From contig JAFGPL010000099.1 of the NCBI GenBank assembly GCA_016936215.1, positions 4,190 to 68,189 on the forward strand: a DNA stretch of 64,000 bases. The letters are read 5' to 3'. The translations under genes were made by a program, and so were the position numbers. Positions 18,396 through 26,871 of the stretch are shown piece after piece. The DNA comes from Bacteroidales bacterium (GTDB lineage Bacteria; Bacteroidota; Bacteroidia; Bacteroidales; UBA10428). The number at the start of each line of letters is the position of its first letter. The stretch's first letter is position 1. Under the pieces are notes generated by a model, which worked only from the letters and a program-made list of their open reading frames with translations, did no database searches and had not been told where the DNA came from.

Positions 18396-18504
18396 TAAGA
18401 TGGGTAAAGAAGGTTGATCAAGATTTTTGTGAAACAGGGAAAGATGGAGCCTGCCAATAAAAAAATATATTATCTACCGTCATTAGGCAGATAAAGTCGT
18501 GTGG

Positions 18505-18618
18505 CTGTTCTTTAAAGTTCGCAGACGAGGCGCATGAAGTCCGAAAAAAGATAGTTTACCATGCGTAAATGACCTTTTTGAGGACGAGCGCAACGAAGTA
18601 TGCGGACTTTAAAGACAG
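18505..18618. repeat. long imperfect inverted repeat enclosing GC-rich 17-nt direct repeats
   Basis: Arms 18505-18523 and 18601-18618 form 18 pairs, with 1 bulged T and 1 G.T. Inside are gacgaggcgcatgaagt (18524-18540) and gacgagcgcaacgaagt (18583-18599). Confidence 0.7.
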
Positions 18619-18621
18619 ACA

Positions 18622-19908
18622 CTAATTAAGTGCGAAGAGATCTGTTTCAGGCCATGTTTCAACACTTCTCAGTGCCTTAAACATAGTTCTTGAGATTTCA
18701 TTGTGAATTTTTGATTTGTTTTTCGTGGTAGTATTCAAGAGTACTACCCAACTGATGTCATTTTTATGTCTCATAACCAGTGCTGAAGTACCGGCAAGGG
18801 TACCGGTTCTCCACCAGGTACCGTAACCGTCTGTGCCTCTCCAACCCAGGATATTGCCTCTTACTTTTTCTGTATGGGTCATCATGTCAATCGTTCTGTC
18901 TGAAAGAATATCCGCTTTACTTTCAAATCCGTCAACAGAAATAATAAGCTTGAGCAATTCGGGGGCAGATGCAATCCACCCGCCGGCAGCCCCAAGCAGT
19001 TCAATATTATTACCACCATAAGGCAATGGCACCAGTTCCCCAGATCCATCATAGGCATAACAATCGGGGGTGTTTTCCAATTCATAGTATTTTACCTCGT
19101 GGGGCAGTTTGTTGTCGTAAAAACTGCTTCCTATGTGCATATCGTATATACCTAACGGATGTAAAATAGCAAATTGTATATATCCCTCGTAGTCCATACC
19201 CGTGATTTTTTCAATTATTTTTCCAAGTACGGCATAACCAAAATTTGAGTAGTTGTATGTTGTTCCGGGGGTAAAAGCAAGCGATTCCTTTAACTGGTAA
19301 CTTATTATATGGTCAAGGGTTGCAGGCGGGGGAACCCCCATTTTTTTCGCGATGTAAAGTGAATTAAAAATAGGATCAGATTTACGACTGTTCCAACCGC
19401 CCTTGTGGGCAAGTAATTGCCTTATTGTAATTTTTTCAATGAGTTTATCAGTATAATGAAGAAACATTGAATCGTTCAATATGCCTTTTGGTCCGAAAAC
19501 CCTGTCTTCAAGGTTAAGGCGACCTTCTTCATACAGTTTCATGATGGCGACACCAGTGATGAGTTTTGATACACTTGCTATACGAAACAGATTTTTAGGT
19601 TCGGTGATTATTTGCTTCTCTTCATCGGCATATCCAAATCCTTTTGCATAGATGAGCCTGCCGTTTTTTGCGATTGCAACCGAGGCCCCTTTAATTTCCT
19701 TCCCTGTAATGAATTCATTCATAATCGAATCAATATCACTAGTGGTTTCATTATCTGAAAGCTCGTTGGTGATTTTATGTGAAAGGGGAGTAAACTCAGA
19801 ACTTGGAAGGTTCCTGTTGCTTCCCTGTTTGAATGAAAAGGTCATGGTTATCTCGCCGAAAAATAATAACGAAAAGAAAACTAATCCAATTAGTATTCTA
19901 AAACCCAT
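18622..19908 (-). CDS. beta-lactamase-fold serine hydrolase (class C / PBP-like), secreted or membrane-anchored
   Basis: SxxK motif in RIASVSKLITG and a YxN motif (YSNFGY). The longest ORF runs to 19989. The Met at 19908 (MGFRILIGLVFFSLLFF) gives a sensible signal/anchor sequence. Confidence 0.8.
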   Translation of the reverse strand: MGFRILIGLVFFSLLFFGEITMTFSFKQGSNRNLPSSEFTPLSHKITNELSDNETTSDIDSIMNEFITGKEIKGASVAIAKNGRLIYAKGFGYADEEKQIITEPKNLFRIASVSKLITGVAIMKLYEEGRLNLEDRVFGPKGILNDSMFLHYTDKLIEKITIRQLLAHKGGWNSRKSDPIFNSLYIAKKMGVPPPATLDHIISYQLKESLAFTPGTTYNYSNFGYAVLGKIIEKITGMDYEGYIQFAILHPLGIYDMHIGSSFYDNKLPHEVKYYELENTPDCYAYDGSGELVPLPYGGNNIELLGAAGGWIASAPELLKLIISVDGFESKADILSDRTIDMMTHTEKVRGNILGWRGTDGYGTWWRTGTLAGTSALVMRHKNDISWVVLLNTTTKNKSKIHNEISRTMFKALRSVETWPETDLFALN

Positions 19909-20353
19909 AGTTTCAGGAATTTTTTTCAGTAACACTGCTTTTAAAATATTGTTCAGAGACTGCAAAAATAACGCTAATTTCCAATACACCCAATTACGGA
20001 TTTTTTATAAAACCAATACAAAGATAGTAAGGAGATGAATTTATGTCAATTTATAAACAATTAAAATTTAATAATTTCTGCCAATTTACCGGATTTTTTT
20101 ATTGAATAATGCAAATTATTATTCAAATGGTTTTATCAATAAATATGTTGTTTTGGTCAGGCAGAATTATTACTTCATATGTTTTAAGGTAATCTTTATC
20201 AAATATAAACCTGTATTTAAAACAGAATAATCATCAATTAATTAATATTCAGTATTATATGTATAATACAAGACATAACTGAAAACTTTTTGTCTTTCAT
20301 TTTGTTTTAACAATGATTTCTGATTAAAATGACCGGATAAAAAAAAATTCTGT

Positions 20354-20839
20354 ATGAATTATGCCATTTTTGTTTTTATGGTTTTATCGGTTTCGCTAAC
20401 ATTAAAAGCACAGGATACTTTGAAAACCTCAAAGAATGGGATTATGGATGAGAAGATTATAAAAACTGATGAAGAATGGAGGAAATATCTTTCTCCTGAA
20501 CAGTATCATATTACGAGACAAAAGGGAACAGAAAGGCCGTTTACGGGTATATACTTTGATTTTTTCGAAAAGGGATCATATAAATGTGTGGGTTGCGGCA
20601 CCGTTCTGTTCGGTTCATCAGCAAAATTTCATTCCGGTTGTGGCTGGCCGAGTTTTTATGATGTAAAGTTCGAAGAAACGATTGCATTAAGGCGTGATAC
20701 CAGTTATGGAATGATCAGGACCGAAGTGGTTTGTAAAAAATGTGATGCCCATCTCGGTCATGTATTTAACGATGGGCCACCACCAACTGGTTTAAGGTAC
20801 TGCATTAATTCAGCAGCCCTTGAATTCGTAAAGGAATAA
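20354..20839 (+). CDS. msrB: peptide-methionine (R)-S-oxide reductase MsrB with signal peptide
   Basis: 161 aa. Two CxxC Zn pairs (CVGCG, CKKCDAH), plus [17 protein letters not shown] and the catalytic RYCINS. N-terminus [20 protein letters not shown]. Confidence 0.9.
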   Translation: MNYAIFVFMVLSVSLTLKAQDTLKTSKNGIMDEKIIKTDEEWRKYLSPEQYHITRQKGTERPFTGIYFDFFEKGSYKCVGCGTVLFGSSAKFHSGCGWPSFYDVKFEETIALRRDTSYGMIRTEVVCKKCDAHLGHVFNDGPPPTGLRYCINSAALEFVKE

Positions 20840-20856
20840 TCAGGCTGTACCTTTTG

Positions 20857-21456
20857 TTATTTACTCATCTTTATTGTGCACCCGATGGCCTTGGTAAATG
20901 ATGGCTCGGGATTTTTACCTTTTAATAATGCATCTATGGCATTTTCAAGGTATTTTTCTTTCACAGCCGAGGCGTCCTTATAATTATCATCAATAGCACC
21001 GATATACTGTACCACAAGCTCGCCCTTTACCTTCTGCAGTAAATAAATATGAGGTGTTCTTTCGGCCCCATATGCTTTAACAACCGATTGGTCTTCATCC
21101 CTAAGATATGGAAAAGAAAAACTTTTCTCTTTAGCCCTTGACACCATAGCATCATAGGAATCGCCCGGTACGATTTTTTCATCGTTAGAGTTAATTGCAA
21201 TAACAGGATACCCGAGCTTTTTGTATTTCTCGTCTATTTCAATCAGCCTGTCCTGGTATGCAACGGCATAGGGACAATGGTTACAGGTAAATACTACTAC
21301 AAAGCCTTTGGCATCTTTATAATCGGCAAGGCTTACAAACTTTCCGTCAATGTTTTTCAGCTTAAAATCGGTAGCCTTGTCACCAATATTTATTCCCCCT
21401 GCAAGCGCAGATAAAGCAAAAAAAGTGGAAAAAAACAGCGTTACAATTGTTTTCAT
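20857..21456 (-). CDS. thioredoxin-fold redoxin (AhpC/TSA-like), secreted
   Basis: 199 aa, signal peptide. CxxC in VVFTCNHCPYAV. Confidence 0.75.
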   Translation of the reverse strand: MKTIVTLFFSTFFALSALAGGINIGDKATDFKLKNIDGKFVSLADYKDAKGFVVVFTCNHCPYAVAYQDRLIEIDEKYKKLGYPVIAINSNDEKIVPGDSYDAMVSRAKEKSFSFPYLRDEDQSVVKAYGAERTPHIYLLQKVKGELVVQYIGAIDDNYKDASAVKEKYLENAIDALLKGKNPEPSFTKAIGCTIKMSK

Positions 21457-21941
21457 AATTTTATCATATTTAAGTTTAATATTGAATCTAAATCATCATA
21501 AGTAAGAAGTTGCGGGAAAAACTCCCTGTAATTTTTATTGTAAATAAGAGTAGCAGGAATGTTGCCATTCCATTCAGTATCAACCCTGGGTATCCAGTAA
21601 TTGCTGTTTACATCATCCAGTAATACAATTTCAGACTGCAGGTTATATTTTTCTACAAAAGGCAAAAGAACCTTTTCTGTATCTTCAGGAAAATCAAGGC
21701 TGACAAGCAGCACTTTCACTTTTTTATCTTTGTAAAGCGAATTGACTTTTTCAAAATCGGGCAACTCTTTCCTGCAGGGAATACACCATGTTGCCCAGAA
21801 GTTTACAATATAGGTGGTATCATTGTATAAATGTAACCGGGGTTCAAGATTCTTGTAATCAAGGACCCGGATTTCTTTAATATCAGTTACTTTGTTAAAA
21901 GCTAAGAAGATAAAGATTAAGACAGGAAAAAGCAATCTCAT
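21453..21941 (-). CDS. TlpA-like thiol:disulfide oxidoreductase
   Basis: 162 aa. FWATWCIPCRKELP motif. The stop overlaps the downstream redoxin start by 4 nt. Confidence 0.75.
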   Translation of the reverse strand: MRLLFPVLIFIFLAFNKVTDIKEIRVLDYKNLEPRLHLYNDTTYIVNFWATWCIPCRKELPDFEKVNSLYKDKKVKVLLVSLDFPEDTEKVLLPFVEKYNLQSEIVLLDDVNSNYWIPRVDTEWNGNIPATLIYNKNYREFFPQLLTYDDLDSILNLNMIKL

Positions 21942-22160
21942 TTTTCACTCTTTTTTTTGTACAAACAAGAATGTATTCCGGATGTTCAAACTACAAGATT
22001 TGATTTATGGGTAAAAGATATTCGGGTGGATTACCCGGTTTTGAAGCGGTTTAAAGAATTCCTGATACAAAAATATCTTTTCGCATGAAAGAATTTAACA
22101 TCTCTTTAACAAGACAGAAAGAGATTTGACCTGAAATGACAATAAAAAACAAACTGTGGT

Positions 22161-22649
22161 TTACTCAATACTTATCTGGTAACCATCTGTCCTAAGATTG
22201 TCTGCAACACTTTGAGCGTAATCAAAATCGAAATATACCTTAGGCTTGTGCTTGGCAAATACAGGGTATCTGCCAACAGCATCTTCTGAGTTCAGATAGT
22301 TGTAACCAACTAAAAAAAGATCGGTATTGGCCAGTTTTAATTTATAAACAGGACGGTGTTTACAAACTTCCAGAACTTCGAGCAGTTCAAATCTTGTAAT
22401 TTCCGGTTCCTGTTTAAGTTTAACTGTTTTAACTATTTCATCGCTAAATGGTTCTTTGGTAAAATGAAGATTGAAATTTTTTACGTAACAAGAGAGCACA
22501 ATCGCTTCATCCTGTATTACAGCAGGTTTGTTATCATCTCCAACCAATCTTACATTAATACCACATTTTTGAAAAAGACTCTTTAATCTCTTATTCCTGC
22601 GGGTAACCATTTCTTCAAGAGTCTCATTTTTTCGCATTTCTGGCATCAT
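22161..22649 (-). CDS. hypothetical protein
   Basis: 162 aa ORF flanked by roughly 220-bp intergenic regions. No motif recognised. Confidence 0.4.
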   Translation of the reverse strand: MMPEMRKNETLEEMVTRRNKRLKSLFQKCGINVRLVGDDNKPAVIQDEAIVLSCYVKNFNLHFTKEPFSDEIVKTVKLKQEPEITRFELLEVLEVCKHRPVYKLKLANTDLFLVGYNYLNSEDAVGRYPVFAKHKPKVYFDFDYAQSVADNLRTDGYQISIE

Positions 22650-22885
22650 GATAATCCTTCTCTTAACTAAATTATGTTAATAAAGCACGTTATAAACTCT
22701 AAAACCTATTCCCGTCACAAATATAAAGAAAAATTGAAAAAATAATAACAAATGCAAATATTAATATATGTTCAGGAACATTCGTTACAAAACATTTTCG
22801 GGTTGTTGAATGAATTAACATATGATGTTGATAACAGGCCGTCATCTGGTAATTTTTTTCAAATCAATTGGCCTATTTTTACAAA

Positions 22886-24256
22886 ATGTATGCTGTTGTT
22901 GATATAGAAACTACCGGTGGAAGTCCGAAATTTGAGAAAATAACCGAAATAGCTGTTTATCTCTTCGATGGAAATCGAATAGTTGATGAGTTTGCTACAC
23001 TTATTAATCCTGAAAGGCTTATACCATCTCATATTTCAGCATTAACAGGCATAACAAATGAAATGGTGGCCGATGCCCCCAAATTTTACGAGATAGCCGC
23101 TGATCTTATCCGGGTTACAGAAAACTGCATATTTGTGGCACACAATGTTACTTTCGACTATAGTTTTATAAAAAATGAATTCAGGAGCCTGGGATACATT
23201 TACCAGAGAGAACATATTTGTACTGTACAGTTAAGCAGAAAACTTATTCCCGGTTTAAGGTCATATAGTCTGGGTAACCTGTGTCATGAACTCGGCATTA
23301 CCATCAATCACCGCCACAGGGCAGCCGGTGATGCGCTGGCAACAACCAGGCTGCTTGAAATCCTGATAAATAATAATAATGCCTCAGGAATGAGGATGTT
23401 TGATACACTTGATTCCAAATTAAGAAAACTGAACCCCGGACTGGATGTGCAAACTGTTAAAAATCTGCCGGAGGAAGCCGGCGTGTATTACTTTTACAAC
23501 GACCGGAATGATATTATTTATATCGGGAAAAGTAAAAATATCAAAACTAGGGTATTGTCGCATTTAAGCAATCTTTCATCAAAAAGGGCCATAGAAATGG
23601 TACAGCGCTTAACCAGTATTAACTACGAGCTTACCGGTAGCGAACTGATTGCGTTGTTACTGGAATCTTCTGAGATTAAAAAACATAAACCTCTTTATAA
23701 CAGGGCACAACGAAGATCATTGTTTCAATACGGTCTTTACAGTTTTTACGATGCCCTTGGTTACCTGAACTTTGAAATCAGGCAAAATAAGGCCGATGAA
23801 TCTGTACCCCTTTATTCATTTGGTTCGAAGAAGGAAGCCTTAAACTATGTTAACTCCAACCTTGAAAAGTACAGGCTTTGCCAAAAATACTGCGGTATTT
23901 ATAAAGGTCAGGGTGCATGTTTCCATTATGAGTTGATGGAGTGTCTCGGTGCATGTACCGGCAAGGAGCCAGCAGGAGAATATAATAAACGTGCCGGACT
24001 GTGGCTTAAGTCACTCACACTGGAAAACAGGAATATGATATTGATTGACAAGGGGAGGGAAACCAATGAATATTCAGTGGTTAAAATAGAAAATGGAAAA
24101 TATATAGGTTTTGGGTTTATTGATCAAACAGTTGCCGTTACAAATGCGGAACAAATAGATAATTATATTGTTAAGCATAATGATAATCATGAAATACAGT
24201 CTATTATAAGAAATTACCTGCAGAATCACAGGGTATTAAAAAAAATTGAGTATTGA
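22886..24256 (+). CDS. DnaQ-like 3'-5' exonuclease fused to GIY-YIG nuclease domain
   Basis: Exo motifs VVDIETTG, HNVTFDYSF and HRAAGDA. Then GIY-YIG (GVYYFY...IIYIGKSKNIKTRVLSH...KPLYN). The track start at 22868 is TTG; the first ATG is at 22886. Confidence 0.8.
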   Translation: MYAVVDIETTGGSPKFEKITEIAVYLFDGNRIVDEFATLINPERLIPSHISALTGITNEMVADAPKFYEIAADLIRVTENCIFVAHNVTFDYSFIKNEFRSLGYIYQREHICTVQLSRKLIPGLRSYSLGNLCHELGITINHRHRAAGDALATTRLLEILINNNNASGMRMFDTLDSKLRKLNPGLDVQTVKNLPEEAGVYYFYNDRNDIIYIGKSKNIKTRVLSHLSNLSSKRAIEMVQRLTSINYELTGSELIALLLESSEIKKHKPLYNRAQRRSLFQYGLYSFYDALGYLNFEIRQNKADESVPLYSFGSKKEALNYVNSNLEKYRLCQKYCGIYKGQGACFHYELMECLGACTGKEPAGEYNKRAGLWLKSLTLENRNMILIDKGRETNEYSVVKIENGKYIGFGFIDQTVAVTNAEQIDNYIVKHNDNHEIQSIIRNYLQNHRVLKKIEY

Positions 24257-24351
24257 AAATGCGTAGGAAACGAAAGACCTGATATTTTATAAAAAGATTT
24301 TATTGAAAAGTAAATGATCTTGCTGTAACTTTAATAAAAACCTTAAAAAAT

Positions 24352-24699
24352 ATGAAATACTTTAAAGATGTTCTGACCGTAGAAGAACTTAAATCGGTCT
24401 ACAGACGACTTGCAATGCTTTACCATCCAGACAGGGGGGGCAACATTGATGAAATGAAGAAAATTAATTCAGAGTATTCTGAGCTTTCAAAAGAGATAGG
24501 GAAAACCCCGGATTCGTTCATGAATATCAGGGTAGGGAATACCATCTATGTTAACCGGACAAAATGTATTGTTACAAGTGTGGAAAGATCGTGTTTCATG
24601 GCAAGATCGCTTGAAACTTGCAGAGAAACTTATTTTAGCAAATCAACAGGGTATGCCATGTTGAATTTTAAATATAAAGCTTCGCTTTGCAAAAATTGA
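24352..24699 (+). CDS. small J-domain protein
   Basis: 115 aa. LKSVYRRLAMLYHPDRGG contains the HPD tripeptide. The C-terminal roughly 55 aa carry 4 Cys. Confidence 0.7.
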   Translation: MKYFKDVLTVEELKSVYRRLAMLYHPDRGGNIDEMKKINSEYSELSKEIGKTPDSFMNIRVGNTIYVNRTKCIVTSVERSCFMARSLETCRETYFSKSTGYAMLNFKYKASLCKN

Positions 24700-24777
24700 T
24701 TTTGCATTCTTTAAATATTAATTTTCAATTACATATAGCTTATTCTTAAGGGGGGTTATTTATTTGCATTTATCAAA

Positions 24778-26043
24778 ATGAAAAAGGCTGTTATTGTTAC
24801 CATTGGGGATGAAATACTCATCGGACAGGTCATAGATTCTAATTCTGCATTTATTGCGTCAGAATTAAACAAAGCAGGGATACAGGTTTATAAAATAATA
24901 TCAATACACGACAGCAGGGAAGAGATTTACAAAACGCTTGATGAAATGATTCCTGCAGCAGACGTTATTATTTTTACCGGAGGATTGGGGCCCACCAGTG
25001 ATGATATTACCAAACCTGCGCTGGCAGAATATTTTAATTCTGATCTGGTGCTTCATCCCGAAGCAATGGAATTACTTATGGCTTTCTTAAAAAAACGAAA
25101 CCTTGAACTCAACGATCTGAACAGAAATCAGGCCTTGATCCCCAATAAATGCAACATAATTCCCAATTATTCAGGTACAGCAATGGGAATGTGGTTCAGG
25201 AATGGTGGTAAAAACATTATTTCATTGCCCGGTGTGCCCTTCGAGATGAAAGAAATGGTTACAAATTTCATCGTACCACAGCTTGTCTCGGAATATCATC
25301 TGCATGCAATCATCCATAAAACAATAATCACCTCTGGTTTGCCAGAGTCTGTGATGGCAGTTAAAATTGCAGATTGGGAAAAAAAACTGCCCGGTTATAT
25401 AAAATTAGCTTATCTGCCCTCGCCCGGGATATTAAGATTAAGGCTAAGCACTGTTTCTAACGGCAATAGCATGGTTAATGAACAGCTTAATACACAGGTT
25501 GAATATCTAAAAGAAATAATTGGTCAGGTTATCGTCGGTTTTGATAACGACACAATTGAATCGGTAGTCGGTAAACTACTTAATTTAAATAGTTCTTCTT
25601 TGTCGCTGGCTGAAAGTTGCACGGGTGGTAACATTGCACGGATGGTTACATCAGTACCCGGTTCATCTATTTATTTCAAAGGAGGAATAGTTGCATATTC
25701 CAATGAGGTAAAACAGGGTATCTTAAAGGTACAGAAACAGGTACTTAAAGACTCAGGTGCTGTAAGCGAGCAGACTGTAACCCAAATGGCAGAAGGATGC
25801 CGGTTATTGTTTCAAACAGATTACGCGGTTTCAGTTTCGGGTATTGCAGGTCCCGATGGAGGAACCGAAGAAAAACCTGTTGGCACAGTATGGATTGCAG
25901 CTACATCAAACCGCGCCACCATTGCCCGGAAATTCAACTTTGGGGATAACAGGGAAAGGAATATTCACCGGGCATCCGTTGCAGCACTTAATTTGCTTAG
26001 ACTTTTTATCCTTGGTATGGAAAATGAAATAAATATAAAATAA
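24778..26043 (+). CDS. cinA: CinA-family protein (MoCF-binding domain plus nicotinamide-nucleotide amidase domain)
   Basis: 421 aa. N-terminus IVTIGDEILIGQVIDSNS...TGGLGPTSDDIT. C-terminus LAESCTGGNIA...SGIAGPDGG. Confidence 0.9.
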   Translation: MKKAVIVTIGDEILIGQVIDSNSAFIASELNKAGIQVYKIISIHDSREEIYKTLDEMIPAADVIIFTGGLGPTSDDITKPALAEYFNSDLVLHPEAMELLMAFLKKRNLELNDLNRNQALIPNKCNIIPNYSGTAMGMWFRNGGKNIISLPGVPFEMKEMVTNFIVPQLVSEYHLHAIIHKTIITSGLPESVMAVKIADWEKKLPGYIKLAYLPSPGILRLRLSTVSNGNSMVNEQLNTQVEYLKEIIGQVIVGFDNDTIESVVGKLLNLNSSSLSLAESCTGGNIARMVTSVPGSSIYFKGGIVAYSNEVKQGILKVQKQVLKDSGAVSEQTVTQMAEGCRLLFQTDYAVSVSGIAGPDGGTEEKPVGTVWIAATSNRATIARKFNFGDNRERNIHRASVAALNLLRLFILGMENEINIK

Positions 26044-26168
26044 ACCAGTGATTCTTCTGAAATATTTGCAAATACAGGCCAAAATAATTAACAATATATT
26101 TTTTTATTTAAATAAAAATAACGTTCTTTGCGTTCTGTTTTAAAAACCGTGTTTAAAGTGTTGAAAAT

Positions 26169-26414
26169 ATGTCAAGAGTTTGTCAGATAACAGGAAAAAA
26201 AGCGGTAGTAGGAAACAATGTTTCACATTCAAAAAGAAGGACAAAAAGAACTTTTAAGCCCAATCTTTTTGATAAAAAGTTTTTCCTTCCCGAAGAAAAC
26301 CGCTACATAAGATTGAAAGTTTCAGCGAAAGGTGTTCGCATTATTAACAAAATAGGGCTCAAAAAAGCTCTCGAAGAAGCAAAAGAAAAAGGTTTTATAC
26401 AAAGTTTATCTTAA
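26169..26414 (+). CDS. rpmB: 50S ribosomal protein L28
   Basis: 81 aa. [33 protein letters not shown]. Confidence 0.95.
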   Translation: MSRVCQITGKKAVVGNNVSHSKRRTKRTFKPNLFDKKFFLPEENRYIRLKVSAKGVRIINKIGLKKALEEAKEKGFIQSLS

Positions 26415-26430
26415 ATAGAGGATTTGTTTT

Positions 26431-26613
26431 ATGGCTAAGAAAGGAAACAGGGTACAGGTTATTTTAGAATGTACCGAACATAAAGATAGCGGTATGCCTG
26501 GAACATCAAGGTATATTACAACCAAAAACAGGAAAAATACCCCTGATCGTATTGAATTGAAAAAATACAACCCGATACTCAAAAAAGTAACGGTACATCG
26601 TGAAATTAAATAA
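26431..26613 (+). CDS. rpmG: 50S ribosomal protein L33
   Basis: 60 aa. [18 protein letters not shown]...[21 protein letters not shown]. Confidence 0.95.
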   Translation: MAKKGNRVQVILECTEHKDSGMPGTSRYITTKNRKNTPDRIELKKYNPILKKVTVHREIK

Positions 26614-26624
26614 ATAGTTGAGTC

Positions 26625-26780
26625 ATGGCAAAGAAAGTAGTTGCAACGTTACAGACCGGAATTGGCAGAAACTTTACCAAATGCATAAAAATGGTTAAAT
26701 CCGATAAAACCGGTGCTTATATGTTCAAAGAAGAAGTGGTGCATAATGATCACATAAAAGACTTCTTCGGACAGCAGTAA
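26625..26780 (+). CDS. DUF4295-family mini-protein, absent from the ORF track
   Basis: 51 aa: MAKKVVATLQTGIGRNFTKCIKMVKSDKTGAYMFKEEVVHNDHIKDFFGQQ. It starts 11 nt after rpmG. Position and sequence match my recollection of the Bacteroidota DUF4295 family. Confidence 0.75.
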   Translation: MAKKVVATLQTGIGRNFTKCIKMVKSDKTGAYMFKEEVVHNDHIKDFFGQQ

Positions 26781-26810
26781 AAGAATTATTATCTTACAAT
26801 AATGGTGCAA

Positions 26811-26848
26811 AAGCTTTCTTTCTTTACAAAGAAGGCTTTTTGTTTTTT
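26811..26848 (+). terminator. Rho-independent terminator after the rpmB-rpmG-DUF4295 unit
   Basis: aagctttcttt / aaagaaggctt forms an 11-bp stem (1 G.U) with loop ctttac, followed by ttttgtttttt. Confidence 0.7.
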
Positions 26849-26871
26849 ATATCTTTGGCAAAATTAATATC

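Noticed and set aside
19909-19989. 27-codon N-terminal extension of the serine hydrolase (longest ORF)
   Set aside because: The extension (MYWKLALFLQSLNNILKAVLLKKIPET) precedes a much better signal/anchor sequence that starts at the Met at 19908. It is probably upstream read-through of the ORF caller.
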